Below are positions 51,895 through 64,000 of a stretch of 64,000 nt of DNA, piece by piece. The stretch lies in NCBI GenBank assembly GCA_003971905.1, contig RSEE01000072.1, positions 124,001 through 188,000 of the forward strand, given 5' to 3'. Made by a program: the position numbers and the translations under genes. Within the stretch, counting starts at the first letter, position 1. Each line of letters opens with the position of its first letter. The notes beneath the pieces are model-generated. The model saw nothing but the letters and a program-made list of their open reading frames with translations, was not told where the DNA came from and did no database searches. This stretch comes from Moniliella sp. 'wahieum'. Its lineage: Eukaryota.

Positions 51895-54800
51895 CTACAA
51901 GTCCTCATGTCTCTCTGGCTCTGAGTGTGGGTCAGGGTGTGGGTGTCCGCCTCGGATTCGGACTCGGTCCGGTTCGTCTTGAGGGAAGCGACAAAGTTGG
52001 CGATTTCTTGATCGTACACGCTCCATTCGGGCATTTGACGCCGTGCGCGGTCCAACTTGGGTTCCTTGGTCTTGGGATTGGAGCAGAGGTCGATGGTTTT
52101 GGCCTGGGGGAGCCAGTCGGAGGAGCACCAGGTTTCGCACCAGAGCCATTCTTTAGGCAAGGTGTGGATGGGGAGGGAAAATTGCAGACTGTTGGGCAAG
52201 TCTTGGTCCAAGTTGGCCAAACTGCCCCGGTCAGCCGAGAGGGCTTGGTAATGCGCTCGAAGTCGATCGCCCGCGGCCAGTTGGCGGAAGCGAACGAGAT
52301 CGACGGCGTAGAGCGCCGAAATGTGATAGGGCTTGCCGCGCAGAAAGTTTTTCCAGTACCCCGTCTTCCAGAACCGGAACCCATCCATATCGTAGCTGTC
52401 GTCGCCCATGGGGGGGTAGGCGTACGGCTTGCCATGCAGGTCCATCGTTGTCAACTCGTACAGATCCGTCCGCACAATCTGGTCCGCATCAACAAACAAG
52501 ATCCGGTCCAAGTCAAGTGGAAACAGCACGTCCAGGAAGAGAATCTTGTACCCCCAAATGGTACGCTGCTTCTCTGTTTGCGAGCGGAGCCAGTGAGGCC
52601 AGGCGTACGAGACGAGCTCGTATTGGAAGCCGTAGTGGGACGAGAGGGCAGGTAGAAGGTGCTTGAACGACGGCGACAGGAAATCTTCGACAAACCAAAA
52701 CTTGACGCTGTGTTCCGTTTGACGCAAAACACTAAGAACAAAGTGGGGTTAGTCATGCCAGCGGTTCAAAGACAGAAGAGCAAAGACGTAAAGACGTACC
52801 TGAGGATCATGATGGACAAGAACCGCTCATAAAGATGGCCCGAGGCAATGGTGAAAATGTTAATGTCGGCGTGTCGGTTAGGGGCTTTGCCTGGGACCCA
52901 AGCCTTGATCCGCGAGCTGAGGGAGGACCATACTGAGCCTGCCCCACCAGTAGTGGTGGGGACCATGGAAACATACCCATCCTCATCCACAACCGACACA
53001 GGAGCCTCGGGATCCTCAACAAGACGAGCATTGAGCATACCTGGCTGCTTGACAAATTTAGGTTGGATGGTGATGCCTTCGAGCGAGGCAAGCTGCACTG
53101 AAAATGTCTTGAGGTCCGACGCTAACCTATACACCTCGGCCGTCCGACCGGGACGGAGAGACAAGTCCCACTCGCCCGGTTGAGCACGGAACTGGAAATA
53201 AGCGAGGTTGTCCATGACGATCGTGTCGTGTGACTCGAGGGGGACGTCGGCGCTGGCGCTGGCGTCGTAACAGAGGGGGAAGGGCGTTGCAGGAGGAGCT
53301 GCATGCCACTGGGAGATTCCCTCTGACGAGAGGACAGGTCCACAGCATGGCCTTGGACAAGAAGACCCTCAAGAGAGTACGTTGCTTCTACCCCGGCCTC
53401 CTGTCCATCTGGAAGGGCAGAGAGACGTAAGTTGTCCAAATCGTACAGCGCCTTGGTGGGCATGGTGTGCCATGCCGGAGGTGGGACAAGAGCCAGGGTC
53501 AACACCTCATCTTGCGGCACACTCTCACCTCCAAATAGGAGAGGAGGCACAACCCGCTGGCCATGGGCGTCAAACGTCAACTGCGGTACAAGGTGGCGAG
53601 TGAACCGCTTGGCCAACGCCGGTAGCTCTGGTGGCTCGGGCACCTTGGGCTCCACCCCCGCCATTGCCAGACGCGGATCCAATACCTCCTCCTCCTCCGT
53701 ACGGGGTGGGTTCCATACCAATTGGACTTGCACGTTGGGGAAACGCTGAAGAAGAGCCAGTGTGGCTGCCCATTGCGGGGCCTCATCCGAGGTGGGATCC
53801 AAAGCGAGGGTAAAGCTTAAAGGCGAACGTTCAGAGCCAAAGGAAACAGCCGAACCATGGTCCGCAACCACTTTGGCCAATGCCTGGCCCAAACGCGGAG
53901 CCACTCCCCGAGTAAAAAGGATCCCTTCTGGCTTGAAACACAGCATGGCGCACCTCTGCTAGGCGAGTCGCCGAGACAGAGCCAGCAATCGAACCGACCG
54001 CCTCCCTCAGTCCTGCAGCGCGATGGGTGCCCTCGAGCTTGAGGACAGCCACTAGATCTGAGCTGCTGGCTTCCTCCGGATCCACCCACAAGACTCGGCC
54101 GTTGAGCACCAGAGCGACCTTCTGATCGAGAGGAGGCAGAAGAGGGTATGCTGGGTCCACCACAGTTCCGAATCGGGCAATACCTGTCCAGGCGCGTCGA
54201 GGCAAGCAAGTGCCTCGTCTCCCACGTCGGTAGAAGAACCAGGACGGGACAAAAGGGTATACAGACAGCTCGATACAGCTCCCGCCTCAGCGGAAGAAGC
54301 TTGGTGGGAAACGGCAAGATCGATTGGAACGTTTGCAGCAGCGGCCAGGGCAGCACGGAGCACGCTCTGTGTGACCGGTCGGTCCAAATCAGCCACCACA
54401 AGAAGCGACACGTTGGCAGTGGGTTGGCTCGAAACGATCGGGGCGGTAGAAACGTCAACGATCTCGAGTGGGCCCTTGGATCCCAACCGGTCCACCAGAG
54501 GCGAGAAATGAGACAGAGTCCCGGGAAGACGGTAGAAATAGCCCTCAACCGGATCCATCTCGTCCACCACATCATCTTGTATCTCGCCAGTCCGAACGGC
54601 TTCAGTCAGCAACTCCAAATCGCGACCCAAGCTAGCGCTCAGGCGGTTCATCCATCGTTCGTCCACCGTAACCCGTTCGCCATTTAGGAACGCCACACCC
54701 GAGGGAGGAGGGGGAGGAGGGCGCATTCCGGGCCAGACGGGTACGGGACGCGGGAGAGGCACAGCCTCGCTGGCCGGGGGCACACCTAGACGTTTGGCCC

Positions 54801-56850
54801 AAAGGCGAGAAGCTTGCAAGGCCTGCGTACCCACGGTCATCTTCGGTCCCACTCGTCTTGCCCTGCGAGGCACGATGCAGGAGGTTGAGTTGTTCGGTAA
54901 CGGCATGGGCGCCACCAAGGGGACCGTCCAGAACCATGTGGGCGGCTCGTCGTGCGGTGGAAACACTGACCAGGTGCTGCTTGTCCTTGTCCCTAGGCAC
55001 GTCCGAGGCAACCGCCTCAGCCCACAGAAGCACGCCCTCTGGCCCAGCCGAGCGGGAAACGTAGTGCAAAATTCTAGCTAGCTCTTCCGCCACTGCTCCA
55101 GCCTTGGAAGAGGCTGGGGTGAGGGGAACAACAGCCCAGGTCATAGGTACGCTGCCGTAATGTAAGGCAGAGCCTCAGCAAGGAATGCAACGTTCCCCCT
55201 CGCACGTAAGTCAAACGCCCAGACAATCTCAAAAAGGTTGCGCTGCACCAGAGCCGGTGCCACCCTTCCTCCGCCCGATACGGTTTCGAGCAGTGGGGCG
55301 AGGGACGAGTCCCAGTTACGCTGTTCTTCAGTAGGAGCCCTGCGCACGTCGGTCACACGCACAATGGCACCTTTCTCGCCCTCGTGATCGTCCGAGGCGT
55401 CAATACGCAACAGTGTAGTCGAGCCTTGTCCGAGAACTCGATCGTCATTGAGCAACTGAGCGACTTGGTGCTGCCCTTCCTCTGTGGGAAGAGACGAATT
55501 GATTCGGTCGAGGATGTAAGACAACTTGCGCTCCTCGTTGCTCAGGGTGCGCAGGAGAGCTTGTACGTCCTGGTGCGCTGGCGGTGTTCCCGCCGACTCG
55601 GACTCGTCAGGGGCACGCTAGCACCATTGAGCCAGAGCAGGTTGGTGCCCGCTGGCAACAAGCTTGTTGGTTCTACCGACAGTCATGGAGAAGTTGGCGT
55701 ACTCAGCGGCACGAGCGCCTTCGAGGAAAGAAAGAGATTGGATCCATCCCACATGGTTGGGAAGGTCCGAAACCAATGTCGCAATGCCCGCAGCGGATCG
55801 GAAGAAGCCGAGATGAGCCAGCTGACCTTGTGTCCCAGCGGAGTGAACCTGTCCGCCTTGCTCTCGCCCGACCCGACCAAGTCGGTAAACTGAGCACGGA
55901 GCCAGGCCCCATCGTCGTTTGTCGGGTCCTCATCAGCTGGAGAGAGCACGACTTGTTCTTCAGACGAAAGCGGTGCATCCTCCTCAATAGCGCGATCGTC
56001 CAGGACGAGATAGTCGACCTTCTTGAGATCGAGGCTGGCGCCGTATCCGCTCAACTTGACACGTTCGCCCGTGTCCAAAGGTCGGGCCCAGCGTAAAACA
56101 TACTTGACCTTCCCCTCTTGTGCCGCAGCATGCAGGGCAGAATGAAGAGCAAGGCCAGTAGGGGAAAGGAAAGTCTGGCCATCACCGTACAGGATGGCAG
56201 TTGCATTGGGCTCGCCATGAGATACGATGTGGTCCAGGCCTTCAAGGAGAACGGGAGCGGCAGCTGAAAAGGGGAGCTCACGCTCACGCTCCACCGCATC
56301 CAGAAGCTGCGATGCATCACACAGCGTGACGTCCGAGCGCGGCAGGTGGATCCAGGACGGACAGTCGCGGTGGGGGAGAGGGCGGAGCGAGGGTGGCCCA
56401 TTGGGCAGCGAAGCGAGGGGTGGTGGAGCGGGCAGCCACAGCGGTGTGCCACCAGGCACGGTGCGAGGCAGGCGCTCCGAGCGATTGCAGTGCCTTGTCG
56501 AGCAGGGCAAGCTGGTCCGCGTCCGAAGCTGGTTCTGGCACCGCCTGGGCGCGCAGCGCGTCGTGGGCCGCGTCGAGCACGTCGAACAGGCCGATGGCGG
56601 CGGCCTCATCGTCCAGCACAGAGAGGGAGGCGGATGGGCCTAGCGCCACGCCCGCTGCCGACGCGGGCTGGGCCAGGCCAGAGGCGACGTAGGCCCACGC
56701 CTCGAGCAGCTCGGCGCCGAACGGGGGCTCGGTCCGGGCGCGTCGACGCCGACACGGACGGCGTGGGGACGCGTGGTGGGTGCGGCGGCGGAGACAAGGC
56801 TGGCACAGAGCGCGCGCCGCAGCCAGCGTGCCCGCACGCCAACGACGCAT
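51895..56850 (-). CDS. UGGT: UDP-glucose:glycoprotein glucosyltransferase (GT24)
   Basis: Signal peptide, [136 protein letters not shown] and terminal HEDL*. Confidence 0.95.
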
Positions 56851-56894
56851 GGTGGAGGCAGCACGGCAGAGGTGGTGGCAGGTCGGCGGCGCGT

Positions 56895-56925
56895 CCTGCG
56901 TGGCAGCGCCCATGGCCACGTGGAA
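56895..56925 (-). promoter_or_regulatory. CCACGTGG core plus TGCCACGC half-site, candidate UPR element upstream of UGGT
   Basis: Minus strand reads TTCCACGTGGCCATGGGCGCTGCCACGCAGG, with the core about 65 nt upstream of the ATG. Confidence 0.45.
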
Positions 56926-57213
56926 GCCGTGATGCATGATGCATACTGCGATGCATGATCGTGGCAGAAGGTTTGAGCGACCACCATGAAAATGCCCCGA
57001 GCTCTCAGATCTCACGCGCCCATTGCAACTTGCGAGCGAATATACCAACCGCTCTGCTTCTTTCGTCTGCTGTAGCAACTATACAACACGCGATCTAATC
57101 TCCAGGTAGAATCAATTGCCTGGCTTGGTACACCGCTATAGTCATAGTCTGCGTCCTACTCCCCCAGTCGGTCGATGGAACGGGAAAGGACGTGCAAGAT
57201 GCAGGCCCCTCTC

Positions 57214-58376
57214 TTACGCCAACACACCGCCCATGGCCGCCTCGGGGTAGCGCAACCCCGAGACTTGCTTGCTCAGCTGCTGGATCTGCTCGTTGAGCTC
57301 CTCATAGACCTTGTCCGAGATGGACACCTTGGCAGCCTGCGCATTGCTCGCTGCCGTTTCCGGGCGGGTACAGCCAGGCAAGGCGAGCACACGCGGCCCC
57401 TGCCGACGCAGCCAGCATACACGAGCGCGGGGGTGGAGATGCCCTCGCGCTCGGCAATCTTGTGAATCGAGTCGGCCAGCTTGAGGTTCAGATCAAAGTT
57501 GTCCGGGTGGTAGCGTGGCATGTGGAGGCGAACGTCTCCCTCGGGATGTCCTTGATCGACTTGATTTGCCCACCAAGAAAGCCGCGCGACAACGGCGAGT
57601 AGGCCACGAGCGCAATGCCGAGCTCGTTGCACGTCTGCAGCACTTCCTGCTCTACTACATCGAGTGAGAAGGGAGAGAACTCAGCCTCCACCGCGGCAAT
57701 CGGGACAACACTGGCTGTGGCACGGATGGTTGCCGCGCTAACCTCCGACAAGCCAATGTACTTAAAGTGGCCTTCCTGCTGGAGCGTCTTGAGGTTGGTT
57801 GCAATTTGCTCGGGAGAAAGCTGCGGGGCGAGAAAAAATAGTAGGGTACGTTAGTATTCAGATATTCAGGGGGGATAGGGTTTCTTTCGCCAGAGGGGAT
57901 GAGAGGTACGCACCTTGGGGTCCCGACGGGCAGGCTCGAAAATGTCAATCGTCTTGGTCCCAGCCAGTGTCTTGTTGGCAATCTCAAGCTCGGCGCGGAG
58001 AGGCAACAGAAGAGTCAATGGCGCCAAGCTTGTACCAAGGGTTCATGCCGCCCTTGACACTCAGAACCACTTTCTCGGCGGCGGCGGGGTACTTGGTAAA
58101 GTAGCGCTTGAGCAGACTCAAGTTCCACATCTCCTCTTGCGAGCCCGAGTAGAAGGTGCCGGCATTCCAGAAGTTGCTTCCGTTGTCGAGCGCGGCATTG
58201 AGCGTAGCAAAGGCCTGCTCATCCGGAACAGGAGTCGACGCCAGGAAAGGTTCATGAGGCCAAGGCCAACTGCGTAGATACAGTCAGAAGATGAGGAGGG
58301 AGGGGGGGGGGGCAGAGTACGCACCAGCGCCGACTTGGACGCCCTGAGCATCGCCGGAGAGTGTGATGGTGGCCAT
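57214..58376 (-). CDS. Aldo-keto reductase (pyridoxal reductase-like)
   Basis: VGLGLMNLSW, F..YIGLSEVSAATIRA...VPIAAVEAEFSPFS, ELGIALVAYSPLSRGFLGG.IKS, MPRYHPDNF..NLKL and terminal GLRYPE. TATAAA at 58471-58476 on the minus strand. Confidence 0.85.
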
Positions 58377-59434
58377 GGTGGTGCGGGTAAAAAGAGGTGG
58401 TGGAGGTGGAGAAGGGAGTGGGCGGGCGAGGGTGGTGGGGAGTGTGGGGAGGACAGGCACAAAAGGGCTCTTTATAGGCTGGTGGATCGCGAAGAAAGAC
58501 GGGTGCGGCGGCCGAGGAGCGCAGTGGTAATCGACAATCGAGATAATCGAGCATGGATTTGCTGACGAGCGGTAGCCAATACATCCGCACCCTGCGCTGG
58601 AAGCCTAGCCACAGCGCAGCCAGCGCGGGGGCTGCAACATTGAAACAGATCGACCATGTCACCCATCCCATCATCCACCAGCGCGTCAGCACGCACCCGT
58701 CACGCATCAGCCCCCCATCGATGATTGATGATGGGGACCATCCATCATGCATCATGCCTAGCAGGCACGCATGATCGCCACCCACCCCATCCACTGGGTT
58801 GGCGCCCAGTCAGCACGCATGCGGCCTCATGCGTCCTCCACACCACAATGGGTGATAGCTGCTGACCCCCACCAGCATCCTACACCAATATCCACCCCCG
58901 ATCTGCTCGGCAACTGGAAAGACCTCCCCCACTCGGCACCGCCGCTCCTCCATCTACGCGCGCCGCCGCGGCACCGCGGCCAAACGCAAGTACACGCACG
59001 CATGCTTGGGCCGCCCCTCCGTCCATCCCGGCGTTAAGCAGGAACGGGACGGACCAAGGGGACGGCCACACCCTTACAGCCTACCACCGTGCTCCCCCCT
59101 GGTCTTGGGTTGAATACGGATGGGACGGAACGCACTTAGTAGCATCCACTGCACCATGTCCCGTCCAACCTCGCTCCGTCGGCAGCCAGGGCAGAGCGGT
59201 GGCCCATCCCGTTGTTTCTGCCGGGTCTCTAGGTCGACACTAGCACATCGTAGCACATGGACGTAGCACCAGCCAGCCATACTGGCGCTATACAGCTCTT
59301 CTTTGGACGCCAATAGTGTGGCCCCGCTCGCTTCGATTTGAGCAGGTTAAGGGAAGAATACATTGAAGCCTGGCGCTGCGAGCAAAGAACATGCACAATC
59401 AAAGAAAAAAAAAGGAAGGACGCCGTTGTCGGGT

Positions 59435-59515
59435 CGAACGACGCAGGGGTCGAACCTGCAACCTCCTGATTACAACCAGTCGTAGTCAGACGCGCTACCA
59501 TTGCGCCAGCCGTCC
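59435..59515 (-). tRNA. tRNA-Arg(ACG) with a 9-nt intron
   Basis: GGACGGC TGGCGCAATGGTAGCGCG TCTGA CT-ACG-A [CTGGTTGTA] A TCAGG AGGTT GCAGGTTCGACCCCTGC GTCGTTC G. A and B boxes present, with a downstream oligo-T pol III terminator (59405-59413). Confidence 0.93.
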
Positions 59516-60090
59516 TTGTGTGAGTTCGCACGGGATGGAGAAGACCCCATGGCCCGTGTGGCTAGCCTCAACGCAGTAATTTCAACCCCCCCATGTTTTT
59601 AACTTGCCTGCGCTCGCTGTGCCAGCCCAAAACTCAGCATTGCATTCTAACAGCAGGTGTGTTGCGCCAGCAGCGCGAGCCTCAGTGGTGGGCGATCATG
59701 TCGGCGCGGTTTGCCGGAACGCTGCCAATAGATATGGACCGTCAGGCTCTAATCGCGCGACTGGGCTGAACTGGACGCAATACTGTCCCTCTTCCAGCTG
59801 CCTCGCTACATGGCGTGCTACCAGGTGAAATCCGTCTCGGTATTCCGTCAGGTCCCTAAGCCACTGCACTGACATGTACGAAAGTCTGTCCATTGCGGGT
59901 ATAAAACAACAGCGAGGAAGGGGGTCAGAGGAGGAGAGGGGGGGGGGTTGACAGTCCCCCCCCCCTTAGCGGGGCGGTAAGCTAGGCGTCGGCGTGCCCA
60001 AAGTGGAAGGGGGTCGGGGAAGGGCGTAGCCGAGGGGCGGAAGGGGTGCGATCGTCTGTGCTCACAGTCTCCTCAAGTCCAAAGGTAAGT

Positions 60091-63000
60091 CTAAGGACAA
60101 GGACAGGACATGTCCTCTGGCTCGAGCGTCGTTCCTTCCTGCGCGACGAGGGTTGGTACGCAACGAGCACCTCACGTGCCTCGGCCGAACTAAGCTGGCG
60201 GTCGGACACAAGGTGGTAGAGGTCGGCGCGGGAAAGCAGCCATGCTCCGATCAGCCAACATGCGGTGCGAGGCGCGTTCTCTTGTCCCACTACCTTACGC
60301 CGTGAGGCGGCTGCTTTAGGTTCGACGCACTTGTCTCCGGTAAACTGTACAGCCACTTGAGGTGGTTGCGCAGGGTCAGTCCCAGTCCTACGAGTTGGCC
60401 ACAGCGCGCATGGGGCGCCCAGGTAGGCTCGCGACTCAAGTCAGTGGACAAGTGGGAGCGGTGCTGCAGCACCTTCCAGCGTGGCGGTGGGCGATGTTGT
60501 GTGGGCGTCGCGCAAGGCATGGGTTGGGCTCGGCGAGATGGGGAGGGGGCGATTCGTCCAATGTTCTTTCAAGAGTCAGTCAACGAAACGGATGGGAGAC
60601 CACTAGGCGAGCGAAGCGCGAAGCGCCAGGGGGTGCGCGCGCGGGAGGGGAGAACGTACAGACTCCTGCTCCCTGCAGAGCGCCGTGGCTTGGGGGCGAG
60701 ATAGTGAGCCCGACATCGACAGGCACATTGTTGAGCGAGATGGAGGGCCTGCATGCCCGTGGTAGAAACGATCACTTTGAGTTCGGCCAGCACGGAGCAC
60801 CTCGTCCAAGGAGCGTAGGTAGGGTACACGGCGAGGTTTGTCCGCCGACAAACTGGGCCAAGAGCACATCAGTGCCAGTCACACATTCGGCATCAGGGAA
60901 GGATCATGGTCCATGGCCTTGACCACAGGCACGGACAAAGTCCAAACGTTGCCGTTTGTCCCCTAAAGGCCGTACCATGGTGCAACAGCGCCGTCACACA
61001 TCCATCCCCTACAACCCGCGCCTCCCGTTTCCTGCACCACGGGCCACGTACGGCCCGCTCGGACGGGTGGATCTTGCGCTGATACTCGAACGCAGCCCGG
61101 GCGTTCTCAAGGTACCGCACCGCCATGATCGATGCTGTTTGGTGGCAAGGAGCGTGTGGAGCTCGAGCGCCTTTGCGGCCAGCGGCGATCTGGGACGTCT
61201 CAACGGCAATGAGGGTGACGACGCAGTGCAGCGGATGGGACGACCGCGTTGACCGTATGATCCAAAATGTCCATCGCAAAGCGTTGCAGCAACGGAGCCG
61301 AAACAATCACGGCCGCCTCCAGAATGGGATCGAGGTAGCGCTGGACGATCTGGGTACTAATGCTCGATTCGGCAAAGGACTCGGTGTTCCCCACCAACTG
61401 AGCCATGTCCACTTTGCCTTCCGCATCGACGGTCGAGTCGACGGCGCGCTGCTCATCGTTCGCATCCGCCTGCCGACGGTGCTCTTTCCCAAGAAACTCG
61501 GCGAGAATGCGAAGGAGATACTCCTTTTGCCGCGCATTGTCACTTGCGAAATGTGGTCCATGACGGCCTCGGTCGGAGCTTGGGTCCAGAGGGAAGCATA
61601 CGTGCGCAACAACAGTCCCATGTTTTGGAGTGCAGCCAATGCCACACAGGCCAGGGCGAACGGTACAGCGTAACAGCAGGCCGTATACGGTACCTAGGAT
61701 CGAGGTGCCTCCTATTTTGTCGAACAAGGGAGCCAAGTCGGCATGCTCGTTGCGAAGCTGGTCAAAATCGGTGTGTTCGCACACACAGGAGCTCATCGCT
61801 ACCACCAGCGCTTTAGGGCGATCGGCCACACCGAGTTTTTTCTTTGGTGAGCGCAGGGGCGTCGGCAGGCCGCGGGGCCGTCATTTTGGCCACCACATCG
61901 CGCATGCGCAGGACACAAGCCACAAGTGTGCGCACCACAATTTTGTAGTCAAGCGAGAGGTGGAGGGAGGAAGCACAGAAGCAAGCGATCAGTTCTTGAA
62001 TTACTGCTGAAGCTGGCGAGATGGTGGGGGGCGGTTGACGAGCCCAGTAAGCTTTTGCAGTTGCTCATTGAACCCAGTCGAATGCGGGGAAGGCAGGGGA
62101 TGCAGATCGATAAAATCCGCAGCACCATCTCCATCCGGAACAGATCATCAGGTGGTTTGCAACTCGTCAAGAAAGGCAACAGCGTCTGGGCAGTCGCCAC
62201 TGAGACTGCACCCGGATACGCCAAGACAACAGCATGGATCACCTTTAGGCAATCGAGTGTATCCTGCACCTCATCCGTAGCGGACGCAGCGCCTCCCTGT
62301 GATGAGGGAGCATCCGAACCAACGCCTCCACCAATCCGCGCAATTTGACATCGAGCAAAACACAATTTGAAGGGCTGGCTCGTCGACGGACAGCTTTGAA
62401 CACCTCTTCTAATGGTGATGGTCGTTCCCGCAGCTCATGTGCGACGAGCAAAATGATGGGAGCATGATAGGCAAGAGACGCATCTGTAGCGGGTTGCGAA
62501 TCAGGAGCTGAGAAGGGACTGGCTCAGTACTCGGCTGTGCGGACGAAGGGAGGAGAGCAGCCGTGTGGGCGACTGATGGGTGGAAGGTGACTGGGCTGCC
62601 ACCGGGACTGAGGGAGGCAGTTCTTCTCACGAACAAGGACATGCCGAACCACATTTCGCCAGAGCGTCGAGTACGAGTTCATGAAGGTCGGACGTATCGT
62701 ACGCAATGGCACGAACGACTGTGACGCACAACTGTGCCTTGGTCGGCGCATCGGTCAAGCACGCATAAAATCCGGTAAGGATGCGCACCACGCGCTTGCG
62801 CACGCTCACAGCACTGTCCGACAAGCGGGAGAGAATCGAGTCGAGGTACTGAGGAATGTGCTGAGGTGCTTGAAAAAGGTAGTCGCCCAGGAGTTGATGG
62901 CCTGTTCACGCACCGATGCACTTCCATCAACCATTCGTACCTCCACCGTCGTCCGCACCGTCGAATCGTCCAACAAGGAAGGGTCTACAGCGGAGATAGA

Positions 63001-64000
63001 GTTGATCACCCGGAGCGCCCGTTGGCGGGTAGGAATGCTCTTGTCATCCAAGCACGGAGGAGGCCAAGCTTAATAGCAGCAAACGTGGCAAAGGTAGGAC
63101 TTGTGAGGGTGAGCATCTTGATGGTGACGTTGTCCCCCTGGTGTCAAGGAGGCGGGAGCAACGTTGTCACCCCGCCCAGGAGACGCTGTTGTGCCATATC
63201 AAGCGCCGCTTGCAGTGCCTCACGTCATTGACCACATCCAAATCCATCGACGACTCGGAAACCACCTTACGCATGTGCGCCAGTTCGCTCAGCGCCCGCT
63301 CCTTCCAAAAGCGAGCTGGAGTGCCGATGGCTTGAGCATTGCGTCATCAGCCTATTGTTTTTGCCTTGGAGGGATTGGGAGGTTTGGATGTACCCATCCA
63401 AAACAGTAGCTACCTGCTCTGCCGTCCAAGATGCAGTGAACCGTGCATGGGGTAACTTGGCCGCCTTGACTTCCAATTCGGCCAACGCAGTGCCGTAGCA
63501 ATTGCACCAAGGTGTTCCGCTGCAGCCCCGCACATCCGTGGGGGCGCCCCCGTCCAAAAGCTTGAGCAGACCAGCGACCAAGCGCGTGAGGAGGATAGTG
63601 ACCGCAGGCCATTCAGGGAGGAAGAGCATGGCCACCCAATCCGCCACCAAAGTCTCGATGATCATACTGTAACCAAACTCGTGGGCACTCTTGTTGATCT
63701 TAGGTTGACTCACCAATCTAGAGAGCGGACCCAAGCGAATGGAGGGTTAGTTCGTTTCGGCCACCCACGCAAAATAGCAACCAGGAGACGCACTTGTTGA
63801 TTAAGAACGAGACGATGATTCCCCCGCCGCCGCAATCGCACCTTCGATCCCCGATCCTTCATTTACATGGGAAAGCTTTGGTTTCGACTTGGATCGAGCA
63901 TGTCCGGGAAGTCCTGTGGGAGGTCACTAGACTGCTGCAGGTGTCCGACAAGGCATCATCCATGTCGAGATTGATGTTGTGGTCGAGGTCAGTTTGAGTG
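60091..64000 (-). CDS. SCC2: Cohesin loader Scc2/Nipped-B (HEAT repeats plus Nipped-B C domain), 5' part beyond the window
   Basis: D...MLFLPEWPAV..LL, LDDKSIPTRQRALR, RMVDGSASVREQA, DSAVSVRKRVVRIL, ISTQIVQRYLDPILEAA, HPLHCV..LIAVETS and LRNHLKWLY. The C-terminus is reconstructed as LVAQEGTTLEPED. Confidence 0.85.

Noticed and set aside
59696..59893. 65-aa ORF as an extra SCC2 exon or separate gene
   Set aside because: SCC2 has a plausible natural end near 60091 and this peptide has no recognisable motif.

Overview
Gene-dense, GC-rich fungal DNA, probably basidiomycete (possibly smut-like/Ustilaginomycotina; inferred from short GT-AG introns with GTACGT donors and CTRAC branch sites, and from protein features). 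About 20 recognisable conserved genes: Psr1/Scp1 phosphatase, DPM2, mitochondrial RRF, Pcc1, dynamitin, HEM2, HRD1, Cdc11 septin, RMD1/DUF155, CLC channel, PUT1, pyruvate dehydrogenase kinase, makorin, pyruvate decarboxylase, OPT transporter, GDH2, UGGT, an aldo-keto reductase, SCC2 (partial) and an intron-containing tRNA-Arg(ACG). Nearly every gene, including normally essential ones, is broken by 1-2 nt indels. This looks like unpolished long-read consensus error, so gene ends are reconstructed by eye. The main discovery is a lower-GC accessory island (~35.5-46.6 kb) containing a complete 5,347-bp cut-and-paste DNA transposon (41205-46551). It has perfect 24-bp TIRs that do not begin CACTA, a target-site duplication, subterminal repeat arrays, a fungal CMC/EnSpm-like DDE transposase and a second, divergently oriented, spliced transcription unit. 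A diverged inverted copy of part of that second unit lies just outside the left TIR. Intergenic DNA also shows a recurrent 11-mer (CTCAGATCTCA), pervasive 7-bp-period microrepeats, and UPRE-like CCACGTGG elements about 65 nt upstream of both ER quality-control genes.
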